Below, piece after piece: positions 11,048 through 21,896 of a DNA stretch of 64,000 bases. Numbering within the stretch: the first letter of the stretch is position 1; each line of letters starts with the position of its first letter. The DNA comes from Alphaproteobacteria bacterium (lineage in GTDB: Bacteria > Pseudomonadota > Alphaproteobacteria > JASGCL01): NCBI GenBank assembly GCA_965203915.1, contig OZ241918.1, positions 1,013,937 through 1,077,936 of the forward strand, written 5' to 3'. The notes under the pieces are model-generated. The model made no database searches. It saw only the letters and a program-made list of their open reading frames with translations, and had not been told where the DNA came from. Made by a program: the position numbers and the translations under genes.

Positions 11048-11353
11048 TTACCAGCTTGCCTTCACCACACCAGGAATTTTTCCCGATGATGCTAGTTGAC
11101 GAAATTTATGCCTTGCCATTCTAAATTTGCGATAATTGCCCCGTGAACGACCAGTCAATTCACAGCGCAAACGCACCCGCACGGGCGAAGCATTGCGTGG
11201 AATTTTTTGTAATTCTAGCTGGGCTTGGAATTTTTCCTCCAACGATTTTTTGGGATCGTGAATGACTTTTTTCCATTTGGCGCGGCGCAATTTATATTTA
11301 TCGCGTAATTTTTCACGCTTTTGATTGCGGGTAACAAGACTTAATTTGGACAT
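11048..11353 (-). CDS. rpsN: 30S ribosomal protein S14 (long form)
   Basis: 101 aa ending ...IPGVVKASW, with no Zn-ribbon cysteines. Confidence 0.9.
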   Translation of the reverse strand: MSKLSLVTRNQKREKLRDKYKLRRAKWKKVIHDPKKSLEEKFQAQLELQKIPRNASPVRVRLRCELTGRSRGNYRKFRMARHKFRQLASSGKIPGVVKASW

Positions 11354-11371
11354 GATGTTCTCCTTTATATT

Positions 11372-12031
11372 TTATGATAGTTGAAATGGCAAACGAAAAG
11401 CGGTTAATAATGCGCGCGCCTCTTCATCGGTGCGTGCGGTGGTGCAAATAATAATATCCATGCCGCGAATACTGTCAATTTTATCGTAATTGATTTCGGG
11501 GAAAATAATCTGCTCCTTAATACCCAAAGCATAATTGCCATGACCATCAAAGGATTTGGTTTTTAACCCACGGAAGTCGCGAACCCGCGGCAAAGCGACC
11601 ATAATAAGCCTATCCAAAAATTCATACATACGCAGCCCGCGCAGGGTTACCTTCACCCCAATACCCATGTTTTCACGCAATTTGTAAGTTGCAATGGATT
11701 TTTTAGATTTGGTGATAATAGGTTTTTGCCCCGTGATGGTTTTCATATCTTCTTCGGCCCCCATGATATATTTTCTATCTTGGGTCGCCTTACCAACACC
11801 CATGTTGATAACAATTTTATCCAACTTAGGAATCATCATGGTGTTTTTGTAACCAAATTGTTTTTGCAAATTGGCACGCACTTCGCTTTCGTAAAGTGTT
11901 TTTAGGCGCGGCGCAGGCCCCCTGTCATAGAAGGGTTTTTGCTTTGGCGTTTTGGCGCGGTCGGCTCTGGCCTGTTTATCGGCCTTTTTTTGCGCGACTA
12001 CGTCGATGACCATATTGTTAGTTTCTGCCAT
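11372..12031 (-). CDS. rplE: 50S ribosomal protein L5 with N-terminal extension
   Basis: The L5 core starts around [11 protein letters not shown]. About 40 Lys/Ala-rich residues precede it, and there is no in-frame Met near the canonical start. Confidence 0.9.
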   Translation of the reverse strand: MAETNNMVIDVVAQKKADKQARADRAKTPKQKPFYDRGPAPRLKTLYESEVRANLQKQFGYKNTMMIPKLDKIVINMGVGKATQDRKYIMGAEEDMKTITGQKPIITKSKKSIATYKLRENMGIGVKVTLRGLRMYEFLDRLIMVALPRVRDFRGLKTKSFDGHGNYALGIKEQIIFPEINYDKIDSIRGMDIIICTTARTDEEARALLTAFRLPFQLS

Positions 12032-12042
12032 GATACTCTCCT

Positions 12043-12354
12043 CTATAATACACTGCTTGATGATTTTGTTATTCTAAGTTTTTTACCATTTTCCAGCTTG
12101 AAGCCAACGCGGGTTGGTTTGCCCGTTTTAGGATCTTTAATAGCCACGTTAGACCAATGAATACGACCATTTTTTTCCACAATACCGCCATTGGGATTTT
12201 CGGCGGAGGGACGCACGGTTTTTTTCAAAATATTAACGCCCTCGACCACAATCCTTTGTTCTTTTGGCCATACCTGTAACACGTTGCCTTCTTGACCTTT
12301 GTGCTTGCCTGTTAAGACTATCACATTGTCACCTTTTTTAATTTTCTGTGCCAT
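12043..12354 (-). CDS. rplX: 50S ribosomal protein L24
   Basis: The track ORF runs to 12378. I place the start at the internal Met ([17 protein letters not shown]...), which matches a canonical L24 N-terminus. Confidence 0.85.
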   Translation of the reverse strand: MAQKIKKGDNVIVLTGKHKGQEGNVLQVWPKEQRIVVEGVNILKKTVRPSAENPNGGIVEKNGRIHWSNVAIKDPKTGKPTRVGFKLENGKKLRITKSSSSVL

Positions 12355-12358
12355 AATT

Positions 12359-12727
12359 TTATAAGACCTCCGGCGCAAGTGAAATGATTTTCATAAATTG
12401 TTTGGCGCGCAATTCCCTGACCACGGGCCCAAATATACGGGTGCCGATGGGTTCGTTTTGCTTGTTAACCAACACGGCGGCGTTGGTGTCAAATTTGATA
12501 GTCGAGCCATCGCTGCGTTTGATTTCTTTCGCGGTGCGCACAATAACGGCGCGGTGCACTTCGCCTTTTTGCACGCGGCCACGGGGAATGGCTTCTTTGA
12601 TAGAAACCACGATAACATCGCCAACCGAGGCATAGCGACGTTTCGACCCGCCAAGCACCTTGATGCATTGCAACAAGCGTCCGCCCGAATTATCGGCAAC
12701 TTCTAAAAATGTTTCTACCTGTATCAT
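12359..12727 (-). CDS. rplN: 50S ribosomal protein L14
   Basis: 122 aa starting [15 protein letters not shown]. Confidence 0.95.
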   Translation of the reverse strand: MIQVETFLEVADNSGGRLLQCIKVLGGSKRRYASVGDVIVVSIKEAIPRGRVQKGEVHRAVIVRTAKEIKRSDGSTIKFDTNAAVLVNKQNEPIGTRIFGPVVRELRAKQFMKIISLAPEVL

Positions 12728-12740
12728 CGTTGATTATCCT

Positions 12741-13040
12741 TTATTTCTTTTTTGCTGTCGATTTGTTATCGGCTTTGGCTTTCGTTGTAACCTTGTCATT
12801 TTTGACATCGGCCTCCGAAATTAATTCCCAAGTTTTTCTTTTTGACAGGGGGCGGCATTCCCTAATCCAAACAATATTGCCTACCTTCGCCATGTTGTTT
12901 TCGTCATGCGCCATGTAATGTTTGGTGCGGCGCACAACCTTCCTCATCACGGGGTGCAGGTAACGTCGTTCCACCGCAATAACGATGGTTTTTTGCATTT
13001 TGGTGGAAAGCACCACACCTTGAAGTAATCTTTTAGGCAT
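12741..13040 (-). CDS. rpsQ: 30S ribosomal protein S17 with Lys-rich C-terminal tail
   Basis: 99 aa. The S17 core is followed by ...[17 protein letters not shown]. Confidence 0.9.
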   Translation of the reverse strand: MPKRLLQGVVLSTKMQKTIVIAVERRYLHPVMRKVVRRTKHYMAHDENNMAKVGNIVWIRECRPLSKRKTWELISEADVKNDKVTTKAKADNKSTAKKK

Positions 13041-13278
13041 TTTTTTTATCCTTCTTAATTATCGTTTTCTTTTCATTTTTGCTTTTCATGGTTAAATAAG
13101 TTTTAATGCGTGCGATATTGCGGCGATTTTTTCTTATTTCTGATGGTTGTTCCAAATTCCCCTGGGTTTTGCGAAAGCGCAAATTAAATTGCGCACGTCG
13201 CAACTCCAACAAAGAAGTCTTTAACTCCACCAGCGTCTTCGCGCTATAATCTACTTTTTTTACTTTTTCCTTTGCCAT
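13033..13278 (-). CDS. rpmC: 50S ribosomal protein L29
   Basis: 81 aa containing ...[13 protein letters not shown].. Confidence 0.85.
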   Translation of the reverse strand: MAKEKVKKVDYSAKTLVELKTSLLELRRAQFNLRFRKTQGNLEQPSEIRKNRRNIARIKTYLTMKSKNEKKTIIKKDKKNA

Positions 13279-13302
13279 GATATTTTTTTCCTATGTTATT
13301 TA

Positions 13303-13728
13303 TTAATTACCGTAATTTTCGCTAAATCTTTTAACCACCCGTGTTTTGATGGGCAATTTTGCCGCACCCAAAGCGAAGGCTTCATGAGCAATGGTATCGT
13401 TGACACCATCTATCTCAAAAATGATTCGTCCTGGTTTGACACGGCATACCCAAAATTCTGGTGCACCCTTCCCTTTACCCATCCGAACTTCGGCTGGTTT
13501 TTTTGAAACGGGAACATCGGGGAATACTCTAATCCAAATTTTTCCTTGGCGTTTCATTTGCCGCACAATGGCGCGGCGTGCCGCTTCCAATTGCCTTGAT
13601 GTTACGCGTTCTGGTTCCATCGCTTTCAAGCCATAGCTGCCGAAATCCAACTTGCTTGCCCCTTTTGACAAACCATGAATCCGCCCCTTGTGAGCTTTTC
13701 TAAACTTTGGTTTTTTAGGTATTAACAT
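13303..13728 (-). CDS. rplP: 50S ribosomal protein L16
   Basis: 141 aa starting [16 protein letters not shown]. Confidence 0.95.
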   Translation of the reverse strand: MLIPKKPKFRKAHKGRIHGLSKGASKLDFGSYGLKAMEPERVTSRQLEAARRAIVRQMKRQGKIWIRVFPDVPVSKKPAEVRMGKGKGAPEFWVCRVKPGRIIFEIDGVNDTIAHEAFALGAAKLPIKTRVVKRFSENYGN

Positions 13729-13756
13729 ATTCGTTTATTTTATTATTGATGGATGG

Positions 13757-14449
13757 TTAACGGTTTTGCACCTGTTGCGCCAAAATTTTTCGTTCTGTCG
13801 CAAATGGGTTATTTTCTAAAATTTCGCCTTTGCATATCCATACCTTCACGCCGATGATACCATAGGTCGTCAGAGATTCGGACGTTGCATAATCAATATC
13901 AGAACGCAAGGTATGTAGGGGCACGCGGCCTTCACGATACCATTCCATACGTGCAATTTCTGCGCCGCCCAAACGGCCCGAGCAATTGATTCTGATACCT
14001 TCAGCGCCAGCGCGCATGGCACTGCTCATCGCGCGTTTCAAGGCACGGCGGAAAGAAACACGTTTTTCCAACTGTTGAGCAATACCATCGGCCACCACTT
14101 GGGAGTCGATCTCTGGTTTTCTTACCTCGAGCAAATTCACCGCAGCTTCTTGACCGCAGAAAGATTTTAATTCGCTGCGTAATTTTTCGATGTCGGCGCC
14201 TTTTTTACCTATCACCACGCCAGGGCGGGCGCACACCACGGTAATTTTTAATTTACCAGTTGGGCGTTCGATAAAGATATTAGAGACCGAAGCGTCTTTC
14301 AAACGCTTCAACAAAAATTTTCTAATCGCCAAATCTTTGTGAAGCAAGCGTGCATATTCGCGTCCCGACTCCTTGTCAGAAAACCAACGCGAATCCCACG
14401 TCTTGTTGATGCCTAGCCTCAAACCTATCGGATTAACCTTTTGACCCAT
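13757..14449 (-). CDS. rpsC: 30S ribosomal protein S3
   Basis: 230 aa starting [15 protein letters not shown], with a KH domain. Confidence 0.95.
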   Translation of the reverse strand: MGQKVNPIGLRLGINKTWDSRWFSDKESGREYARLLHKDLAIRKFLLKRLKDASVSNIFIERPTGKLKITVVCARPGVVIGKKGADIEKLRSELKSFCGQEAAVNLLEVRKPEIDSQVVADGIAQQLEKRVSFRRALKRAMSSAMRAGAEGIRINCSGRLGGAEIARMEWYREGRVPLHTLRSDIDYATSESLTTYGIIGVKVWICKGEILENNPFATERKILAQQVQNR

Positions 14450-14465
14450 AATATAAACTCCTTGC

Positions 14466-14891
14466 CTATTCTTTATCTTGTGTTACTTTTTTGTTATTTT
14501 TTTTATTCGCCATTTCATCCGCCGTCTTGCTTGCCACCACGACAGTTAAATGAGAAAAGAATTTTTCTATCCGCACGCCACGTCCACGTGCACGCGTATG
14601 AAAACGCTTTAACATAAGACCTTGTCCAACGAAAGCTTCCTTTACCACCAAACTATCAACATCCAAATTATGATTATTTTCTGCATTGGCAATCGCCGAA
14701 GCCAGAGCCTTTTTCACAGGATCCGCCGCCATTTTAGAAGAATAGGTAAGAGCCCGCAACGCATCGCCAACTTTTTTACCGCGTATCAGCCCAGCCAGCA
14801 AATTCAATTTGCGCGGCGCAACGCGCAGGTTGCGCGCTACTGCCTTTGCTTCGGTTGGCAATAATTTTCGAGGGGTTGCTTTTTTACTCAT
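14466..14891 (-). CDS. rplV: 50S ribosomal protein L22
   Basis: 141 aa with an L22 core and a basic tail ...[15 protein letters not shown]. Confidence 0.9.
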   Translation of the reverse strand: MSKKATPRKLLPTEAKAVARNLRVAPRKLNLLAGLIRGKKVGDALRALTYSSKMAADPVKKALASAIANAENNHNLDVDSLVVKEAFVGQGLMLKRFHTRARGRGVRIEKFFSHLTVVVASKTADEMANKKNNKKVTQDKE

Positions 14892-14902
14892 GGATTTTTC
14901 CT

Positions 14903-15184
14903 TTATGCGCTGGTTGTAGTCGTTTTATTTGACGAGTGAGCAATGAAGGTGCGGGTTGGCGCAAATTCACCAAATTTGTGCCCCACCATATCTTCGGATA
15001 CGAGCACAGGAATATGTTTGCGGCCATTATGAACGCCAAAGGTTAAGCCTACAAATTCTGGCAATATCGTCGAACGGCGCGACCAAATTTTGATAACATC
15101 ATGACGGCCAGAGGCTCTCACCACTTCGGCTTTCTTTAATAAATAACCATCCACAAATGGTCCTTTCCAAACAGATCTTGTCAT
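14903..15184 (-). CDS. rpsS: 30S ribosomal protein S19
   Basis: 93 aa starting [12 protein letters not shown]. Confidence 0.95.
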   Translation of the reverse strand: MTRSVWKGPFVDGYLLKKAEVVRASGRHDVIKIWSRRSTILPEFVGLTFGVHNGRKHIPVLVSEDMVGHKFGEFAPTRTFIAHSSNKTTTTSA

Positions 15185-15196
15185 ATCAGTCTCCTT

Positions 15197-16021
15197 CTAC
15201 ATTCCTTTTTTATCGTGACGCGAACGAATAATATATTTATCCGTCGCTTTGTTTTTACGTGTTTTGTAACCTTTGGTCGGTTTGCCCCATGGCGTCATCG
15301 AAATACGACCACCGCGGGTTCGACCACCATGCGGGTGATCCACTGGGTTCATCACTTCGCCGCGCACATTACCGCGACGTCCCATCCAACGGCTGCGCCC
15401 TGCTTTACCCAATTTAACATTCTGCCAATCTGGGTTGCTCATCATGCCGATGGTTGCCATGCAATCCGAACGCACCTTGCGTAATTCACCGCTCATCAAT
15501 TTAATCTGAGCATAGCCCGCTTCGCGACCCGCCAACTGGACGAAACTGCCCGCCGAACGCGCCAATTGACCGCCCTTCATGGGTTTTAATTCAACATTAT
15601 GTATCAAGGTTCCCACAGGGATATTCTTTAATGGCAGAGCATTCCCGGTTTTAATATCGGCATTTTCGCCTGCCTCAACCTTATCACCCACCGCCAATTT
15701 TTGTGGCGCGAGGATATAGGCCAATTCACCGTCTTGGTATTTTATCAAAGCAATAAAGGCCGTGCGATTAGGATCGTATTCTATCCTTTCGACCACCCCC
15801 ACGCCCTGTTTCTGGCGCATGAAATCTATCATCCGATAACGTTGCTTGTGTCCACCACCGCGCCAGCGCATGGTGATGCGCCCGCGATTGTTCCGACCAC
15901 CGCGTTCGACCTTCCCCATTGTCAAGGATTTGACGGGGCGGCCTTTAAAAAGCTCAGAACGGTCGATGAGGATTAACCCACGGCGTCCTGCACTGGTTGG
16001 TTTATAAGTTTTGATAGGCAT
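15197..16021 (-). CDS. rplB: 50S ribosomal protein L2
   Basis: 274 aa containing ...GGGHKQRYR...[10 protein letters not shown]. Confidence 0.95.
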   Translation of the reverse strand: MPIKTYKPTSAGRRGLILIDRSELFKGRPVKSLTMGKVERGGRNNRGRITMRWRGGGHKQRYRMIDFMRQKQGVGVVERIEYDPNRTAFIALIKYQDGELAYILAPQKLAVGDKVEAGENADIKTGNALPLKNIPVGTLIHNVELKPMKGGQLARSAGSFVQLAGREAGYAQIKLMSGELRKVRSDCMATIGMMSNPDWQNVKLGKAGRSRWMGRRGNVRGEVMNPVDHPHGGRTRGGRISMTPWGKPTKGYKTRKNKATDKYIIRSRHDKKGM

Positions 16022-16045
16022 GTTTTTCTCCGTTGTTTATAATAT

Positions 16046-16369
16046 TTATATGGTTGCTCCCAAATCAATGGTTTGGCCTTTGTCTAATTTCACCACGGCT
16101 TTTCTTATGCCATTGCGTTGCCCGCGCCGACCGCGAAAGTTTTTGAACTTGCCCGCGACATTAACCGTGTTAATCGCCAGCACCTTTACCTTGAAGAGTT
16201 TTTCCACCGCTTGCTTGATTTCTGGCTTGGTGGCGTCACTGCTAACTTCGAAGGCAACTTGATTAAATTGGCTCATCCGCGTGAATTTTTCGGTCACCAG
16301 GGGGCGACGAATAACTTCGTAGCAACGCTCGGTGCTGATAATTTGTTTGTTAAAATATTTCCAACTCAT
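16046..16369 (-). CDS. rplW: 50S ribosomal protein L23
   Basis: 107 aa, placed between rplD and rplB. Confidence 0.9.
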   Translation of the reverse strand: MSWKYFNKQIISTERCYEVIRRPLVTEKFTRMSQFNQVAFEVSSDATKPEIKQAVEKLFKVKVLAINTVNVAGKFKNFRGRRGQRNGIRKAVVKLDKGQTIDLGATI

Positions 16370-16380
16370 GTCTTTTATCC

Positions 16381-17064
16381 TTATGCTTCTTTAGATTTTG
16401 CTGTTTCGTTTTTTGCTTTTGGTTCCAACTTGCCTTGCAATTTTAAGATAACTTGTTCGGCGGCTTCTTTGGTAAGAACCAATTTTTGGCGTCGCATGAT
16501 GTCATATACATTTATTCCTTGCAACGGCAATACATCGATATTCTTAATATTGCTGGCGGCTTTTTTCATGTTGTCGGGCACGATATTACCACCGATAATC
16601 AAGCCATTGCTGACGCCCAATTTTTGCAATTGTTTGACGAAGTCAGCGGTTTTGCTTGATTTGATATCAAGGTTTTCTAGCACCATGATATTTTCCGCCG
16701 AAGCCTTTGCCGATAAGGCATGTTTCATTGCCAAAACGCGAAATTTTTTATTCAATTTGAAGGCATGAGAGCGAACCAATGGTCCAAAGGCACGACCGCC
16801 ACCACGAAATTGCGGCACCCGAGCAGAACCGTGGCGCGCCTGGCCCGTGCCCTTTTGCGCGTAGATTTTTTTCGATGTGCGATTAATTTCGGCACGATTT
16901 TTAACCTTATGGGTGCCCGCGCGGCGTTTGGCTAATTGCCAATTCACCATCTGCTCCAAAATATCGGGGCGTGGTTTCAAGCCAAAAATATCATCCGCAA
17001 GGGTGATATTCCCAACTTCCTTTTTTTCAAAATTCATAATTGATAATTTCATGATACTCTCCAT
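16381..17064 (-). CDS. rplD: 50S ribosomal protein L4
   Basis: 227 aa containing ...KGTGQARHGS...; the real start may be an internal Met (MKLSIMNF). Confidence 0.9.
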   Translation of the reverse strand: MESIMKLSIMNFEKKEVGNITLADDIFGLKPRPDILEQMVNWQLAKRRAGTHKVKNRAEINRTSKKIYAQKGTGQARHGSARVPQFRGGGRAFGPLVRSHAFKLNKKFRVLAMKHALSAKASAENIMVLENLDIKSSKTADFVKQLQKLGVSNGLIIGGNIVPDNMKKAASNIKNIDVLPLQGINVYDIMRRQKLVLTKEAAEQVILKLQGKLEPKAKNETAKSKEA

Positions 17065-17765
17065 TATTTTTGACCTTTTTCAAATGCACCTGGGTATGGC
17101 GCATCTTTGGGGCGTTGTTTCTTTACCGAATCTTTAATCATAACCAACGAATTCGGTGCGCCAGGCACCGCGCCAGCAATATATATCAAACCTTTTTCTT
17201 TGTCGGCCGAAATAATTTTTAAATTCTGAACGGTCACCCTTCTATCGCCCATATGACCCGCCATTTTTTTGCCTTTGAAAACCCGACCTGGGTCTTGGCG
17301 ATTACCAGTCGAACCATGGGCGCGATGCGAAACCGAATTACCGTGGCTAGCCCGACCGCCCCTAAAGTTCCAACGTTTCATAACCCCTTGAAAGCCCTTA
17401 CCCTTTGACACCCCGATAACATCAACAAATTGCCCCGCGACAAAATGGTCAGCCAGCAACGTGCTGCCGATCTCAGGAATAGCATCGGTCGCGACACGGA
17501 ATTCAACCAAATGCCGTTTGGCATCAACGCCCAATTTTTTGAATTCGCCACGCAATGGTTTGTTGGTATGTTTTTCTTTTTTATCAACCAAGCCCAATTG
17601 CACGGCGGCATAGCCATTCCGTTCCACGGTGCGGGTGTTGGTGACCAAACAACCTTTGACATCCAACACCACGGCGGCGCGCATAACGCCGTCTTGGAAC
17701 AATTGGGTGGTGCCCAATTTTTTGGCTATCATGCCTGTTCGTTGATTTTTAAATTCTCTGCTCAT
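17064..17765 (-). CDS. rplC: 50S ribosomal protein L3
   Basis: 233 aa containing ...[14 protein letters not shown]..., with a 1-nt overlap with rplD. Confidence 0.9.
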   Translation of the reverse strand: MSREFKNQRTGMIAKKLGTTQLFQDGVMRAAVVLDVKGCLVTNTRTVERNGYAAVQLGLVDKKEKHTNKPLRGEFKKLGVDAKRHLVEFRVATDAIPEIGSTLLADHFVAGQFVDVIGVSKGKGFQGVMKRWNFRGGRASHGNSVSHRAHGSTGNRQDPGRVFKGKKMAGHMGDRRVTVQNLKIISADKEKGLIYIAGAVPGAPNSLVMIKDSVKKQRPKDAPYPGAFEKGQK

Positions 17766-17788
17766 GTTTTTTTTAGTTTGGTTATATT

Positions 17789-18097
17789 TTATAGTTTAAT
17801 TTCTACGTCAACCCCCGCCGCCAGTTCAAGGTTCATCAAGGCGTCGATGGTTTGTGGGTTATGGTTGGTAATATCAAGCACGCGTTTGTGGGTGCGGATC
17901 TCAAATTGCTCACGGCTTTTTTTGTCAACGTGCGGCGAACGCAACACGGTGTAACGTTCTATCTTGGTGGGCAGGGGAATAGGTCCACGCACCAAAGCAC
18001 CAGTGCTTTTTGCCGTGTTGACTATTTGGCTGGTGGATTCATCCAACACCCGATGGTCATAGGCTTTTAAACGAATACGAATACTTTGTGCTTCCAT
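17789..18097 (-). CDS. rpsJ: 30S ribosomal protein S10
   Basis: 102 aa containing ...[14 protein letters not shown]. Confidence 0.95.
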   Translation of the reverse strand: MEAQSIRIRLKAYDHRVLDESTSQIVNTAKSTGALVRGPIPLPTKIERYTVLRSPHVDKKSREQFEIRTHKRVLDITNHNPQTIDALMNLELAAGVDVEIKL

Positions 18098-18117
18098 GAT
18101 ATTTTTCCTTTTTATGT

Positions 18118-20196
18118 TTATTTTTTATGTTTTTCCATGACTTCATCCGCAACATGTTGTGGCGCGGGTTCATAATGATTAAACTGCATGGTATATTGGG
18201 CGCGGCCCTGACTCATCGAACGCAAATTATTAACATAACCAAACATCGAAGCCAAGGGAACCAAAGCATTGATAACCCGCGCATTACCGCGACTATCCAT
18301 TTCATTAATTTGTCCACGGCGCGAATTCAAATCGCCGATAATATCGCCCATGTAATCTTCGGGGGTGACAACTTCGACCTTCATAATTGGTTCCAGCAAT
18401 TTTGCGCCGCCTTTGGCCATGCCTTCACGGAATGCGGCGCGCGCCGCAATTTCAAACGCCAAAGCCGAGGAGTCAACATCGTGGTAGGCGCCATCTATCA
18501 AATTGATGCTTAGGTCAACCACGGGAAACCCAGCCAGCGCACCCGAGGTCACCGCCGAGTTCAAACCTTTTTCCACGCCAGGGATATATTCTTTCGGCAC
18601 CGAGCCGCCGACCACTTTGCTTTCAAATTGGAATCCCGAACCGCGTTCGCCAGGTTCGAATTCCATAATAACCCGAGCAAACTGCCCCGCACCACCCGAT
18701 TGTTTTTTATGGGTGTAATCTATCTTGCAGGGTTTGGTAATGGTTTCGCGATAAGCAACCTGCGGCGCGCCAACATTGGCTTCAACTTTAAATTCGCGTT
18801 TCATGCGGTCAACAATAATTTCCAAATGCAATTCGCCCATCCCCGATAAAATGGTTTGTCCCGTTTCGGGATCGCTCTTCACGCGTAAAGAAGGATCTTC
18901 CTGGGCTAACCTGCCCAAGGCTACGCCCATTTTTTCTTGGTCGGCTTTTGATTTTGGCTCAACCGCCAGATCGATAACGGGATCGGGGAATATCATACGT
19001 TCCAAAACTATTGACTTTTCTTCCAAGCACAAGGTGTCTCCCGTGCGGGTATTTTTCAGCCCCGCCAAGGCAATGATGTCGCCTGCAAAGGCTTCTTTAA
19101 TATCTTCGCGGTTGTTGGCATGCATCAACAACATACGGCCAATACGTTCCCTGTCGCCACGAATCGAATTCAGCACGCTGGTTCCCGTATTGAGGGTGCC
19201 AGAATATATGCGACAGAAAGTTAGCGAACCAACGAATGGGTCGTTCATAATTTTAAATGCAAGCATCGACAAGGGCGCATCGTCCTTTGGTTCGCGCTTA
19301 TCTTCTTTTTCCCCCGCTTCGTCCATACCTTTGACCGCGCCAATGTCAGTCGGGGATGGTAAGAATTCAACCACGGCATCCAACAATGGTTGCACGCCTT
19401 TGTTTTTAAATGCCGAGCCATTAACCACGGGAACAAATTTGCCTGTGATGGTGCCTTTTCTTATGCAAGCCAACAACGTCTTTTCGTCTGGTTCTTTGCC
19501 ATCCAAATAATTTGTCATGGCGGCATCGTCCATTTCAACTGCCATTTCGAGCAATTGATGGCGATATTCTTTCGCCTTGTCCATCATGTCGGCCGGTATA
19601 TCAATCGCGCTATATTCCGCGCCCAAATCTTCGCCTTTCCATTTGATATGCTTCATTTGGATAAGGTCTATCACGCCATCATATTCGCTTTCTGAGCCTA
19701 CAGGCAAATTCAAAACAATAGGCCTGGCTCCCAAACGATCCTTCATCATCTCTACGCAACGGTAAAAATCCGCGCCCGTTCTATCCATTTTATTAACAAA
19801 ACACATGCGGGGCACGTTATATTTATCGGCTTGACGCCACACGGTTTCTGATTGGGGTTCCACCCCCGCCACCGCATCAAACACCGCAACCGCGCCGTCC
19901 AAAACGCGCAACGAACGCTCCACTTCGATGGTGAAATCAACGTGACCAGGCGTATCGATGATATTAACCCGATAATCTTTCCAAAAACAAGTCGTCGCCG
20001 CCGATGTGATGGTGATGCCGCGTTCGCGTTCTTGCTCCATCCAATCCATGGTTGCGGCACCTTCGTGCACTTCGCCAATTTTATAAGACTTACCCGTGTA
20101 ATATAATATACGCTCGGTCGTCGTCGTCTTACCAGCATCGATGTGCGCCATGATGCCGATATTACGATAATTTGCGATGGGGTATTGTCTGGACAT
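18118..20196 (-). CDS. fusA: Elongation factor G
   Basis: 692 aa with GTPase motifs AHIDAGKTT and DTPGHVDF. It ends 20 bp from the rpsJ start. Confidence 0.95.
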   Translation of the reverse strand: MSRQYPIANYRNIGIMAHIDAGKTTTTERILYYTGKSYKIGEVHEGAATMDWMEQERERGITITSAATTCFWKDYRVNIIDTPGHVDFTIEVERSLRVLDGAVAVFDAVAGVEPQSETVWRQADKYNVPRMCFVNKMDRTGADFYRCVEMMKDRLGARPIVLNLPVGSESEYDGVIDLIQMKHIKWKGEDLGAEYSAIDIPADMMDKAKEYRHQLLEMAVEMDDAAMTNYLDGKEPDEKTLLACIRKGTITGKFVPVVNGSAFKNKGVQPLLDAVVEFLPSPTDIGAVKGMDEAGEKEDKREPKDDAPLSMLAFKIMNDPFVGSLTFCRIYSGTLNTGTSVLNSIRGDRERIGRMLLMHANNREDIKEAFAGDIIALAGLKNTRTGDTLCLEEKSIVLERMIFPDPVIDLAVEPKSKADQEKMGVALGRLAQEDPSLRVKSDPETGQTILSGMGELHLEIIVDRMKREFKVEANVGAPQVAYRETITKPCKIDYTHKKQSGGAGQFARVIMEFEPGERGSGFQFESKVVGGSVPKEYIPGVEKGLNSAVTSGALAGFPVVDLSINLIDGAYHDVDSSALAFEIAARAAFREGMAKGGAKLLEPIMKVEVVTPEDYMGDIIGDLNSRRGQINEMDSRGNARVINALVPLASMFGYVNNLRSMSQGRAQYTMQFNHYEPAPQHVADEVMEKHKK

Positions 20197-20239
20197 GTTG
20201 TTTGTTTTGAATAATAATTATGAAATATATTGTCTAGAT

Positions 20240-20710
20240 CTACCAACGATAGTGAGCAAAAGCGCGGTTTGCTTCGGCCATTTTATGGGTTTCTTCGCGT
20301 TTTTTTACCGAGGCACCACGGTTGTTAAGGGCGTCAATAATTTCGCCCGACAAACGGTCCATCATGGTATGTTCGCCGCGTGAACGCGCGGCCTCTATCA
20401 ACCAACGGAAAGCAAGTGCCAAAGAACGGTCGGGGCGAACCTCCACCGGGATTTGATAAGTCGCCCCGCCAACGCGGCGTGAGCGAACTTCTAAATTTGG
20501 CTTTACATTATCAAGGGCTTCGTAGAAAACTTCGATAGCTGGCTTGTTAGCTTTTTTCTCTGCTTGCTCAAAAGCACCATAGACAATGCGCTCGGCAACT
20601 GATTTTTTGCCTTGCAACATCAAAATATTGATGAATTTAGAAACTTCCAAATTCCCAAATTTTGCATCGGGAAGAATTTTTCTTTTATCGGCTTGACGGC
20701 GACGAGACAT
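20240..20710 (-). CDS. rpsG: 30S ribosomal protein S7
   Basis: 156 aa starting [10 protein letters not shown]. Confidence 0.95.
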   Translation of the reverse strand: MSRRRQADKRKILPDAKFGNLEVSKFINILMLQGKKSVAERIVYGAFEQAEKKANKPAIEVFYEALDNVKPNLEVRSRRVGGATYQIPVEVRPDRSLALAFRWLIEAARSRGEHTMMDRLSGEIIDALNNRGASVKKREETHKMAEANRAFAHYRW

Positions 20711-20729
20711 GATGATTCCTTAAAAAAAT

Positions 20730-21101
20730 TTATTTTGGTTTTTTCGCACCATATTTGGAGCGACGTTGACGGCGTTTTTGCACCCCTTGGGTATCAAGCG
20801 CGCCGCGGATGGTATGATAGCGGACGCCTGGCAAATCTTTTACCCGACCGCCGCGAATAAGCACGATAGAGTGTTCTTGAAGGTTATGACCTTCACCAGG
20901 AATATAACTGATAACTTCGTAACCATTAACCAAGCGCACGCGGCAAACTTTACGCAACGCCGAGTTAGGTTTTTTTGGCGTGGTGGTGTAAACGCGTGTG
21001 CAAACGCCGCGACGTTGCGGGCATTGCATCAAGGCAGGAGTCTTGTTGCGACTGCGCGGCATTTTGCGCGGCTTGCGGATCAATTGATTAATCGTTGGCA
21101 T
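20730..21101 (-). CDS. rpsL: 30S ribosomal protein S12
   Basis: The track ORF extends to 21176. The canonical S12 start [10 protein letters not shown] is the internal Met, whose codon I checked at 21099-21101. This gives 124 aa. Confidence 0.9.
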   Translation of the reverse strand: MPTINQLIRKPRKMPRSRNKTPALMQCPQRRGVCTRVYTTTPKKPNSALRKVCRVRLVNGYEVISYIPGEGHNLQEHSIVLIRGGRVKDLPGVRYHTIRGALDTQGVQKRRQRRSKYGAKKPK

Positions 21102-21896
21102 CGGCGGTATCTCTAAAAAAAATCTTTCTCTATTGCTTTTATGAAATAACAAACAAAAATTATCTTTATAATACAATGTATTGCAAAGATATATCTGTCG
21201 ATTATCGTATCACAAAAAATCAGAGAAAGAACGCAGACACCAGTTATAAAACCGAAACGCTACAACGCCGCTAAAAACACGATGAATTCAAAACCTTAAA
21301 TCAAGGTCAAACCCAACGCCGTCATAACAGCATTATAAGGAATTAATTGTTGATAAACAATTAATGTAAGACGGCAATAAAAAATATGAATAAAAAATAT
21401 TTTTTCATTCAAACCATTACCACCCAAAGAATATCGTTTAAGATATTATCATTAAAAAATATTTTTTTATTTTATAATGCCGTTGTTTATATTTTGGTAT
21501 AGAATATTCAATGTAATTAAATATTCTAACAAACAACAACGGATAATCCTACGGCCTATTCCCTGTCTTCTTGTAATAGTCTTGCACTAGCGAGTTTGCC
21601 ATTCGTTGTCAAGCGTAATTTTATCTTTTTATGATGAATTGTCATTTTTGTTGATGTGCAGTTTGTTATGATGCGCAGCGCGATGGATAAAGATAGACAA
21701 ACATAAATCGCCAGCTAGGTATTTCGTTTTATAAGCGAAATATTATTGACGGGTGCTTAAATTATTGATATAAAGATTGGGAAGATGTTTAAGGAGAGCA
21801 AGAACAAGCGATAGTAAGCCGTGTGCCGAAATTGTCCTGTTGGGCGTCATTAAAACCATTCACTTTAAAATACAAAATATTGAAGCAGGCAAACCT
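21102..21896. promoter_or_regulatory. About 0.8-kb AT-rich non-coding divergent region; presumed str-operon promoter and leader, and promoter of the Pro-rich gene
   Basis: There is no ORF of at least 60 aa on either strand. AT is very high with A/T runs. It sits upstream of rpsL on the minus strand and of the 21897 ORF on the plus strand. Confidence 0.3.

Noticed and set aside
16118-16768. 216-aa plus-strand ORF spanning rplW and rplD on the antisense strand
   Set aside because: It overlaps two well-conserved ribosomal protein genes. It has no start context and a hydrophobic low-complexity translation.
18776-19510. 244-aa plus-strand ORF, antisense within fusA
   Set aside because: Low-complexity Ser/Phe-rich translation with no motifs. 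The sense strand encodes a perfectly conserved EF-G. It is a typical shadow ORF in a GC-richer coding region.
20730-21176. Longer 148-aa form of rpsL starting [11 protein letters not shown]
   Set aside because: The canonical S12 N-terminus [10 protein letters not shown] starts at the internal ATG (21099-21101). The upstream 25 codons are AT-rich and not S12-like.
21102-21896. Possible tRNA or small RNA gene in the long spacer
   Set aside because: Visual scan found no T-loop (GGTTCGAATCC-like) or acceptor-stem pairing typical of tRNA. It is kept only as a regulatory region.
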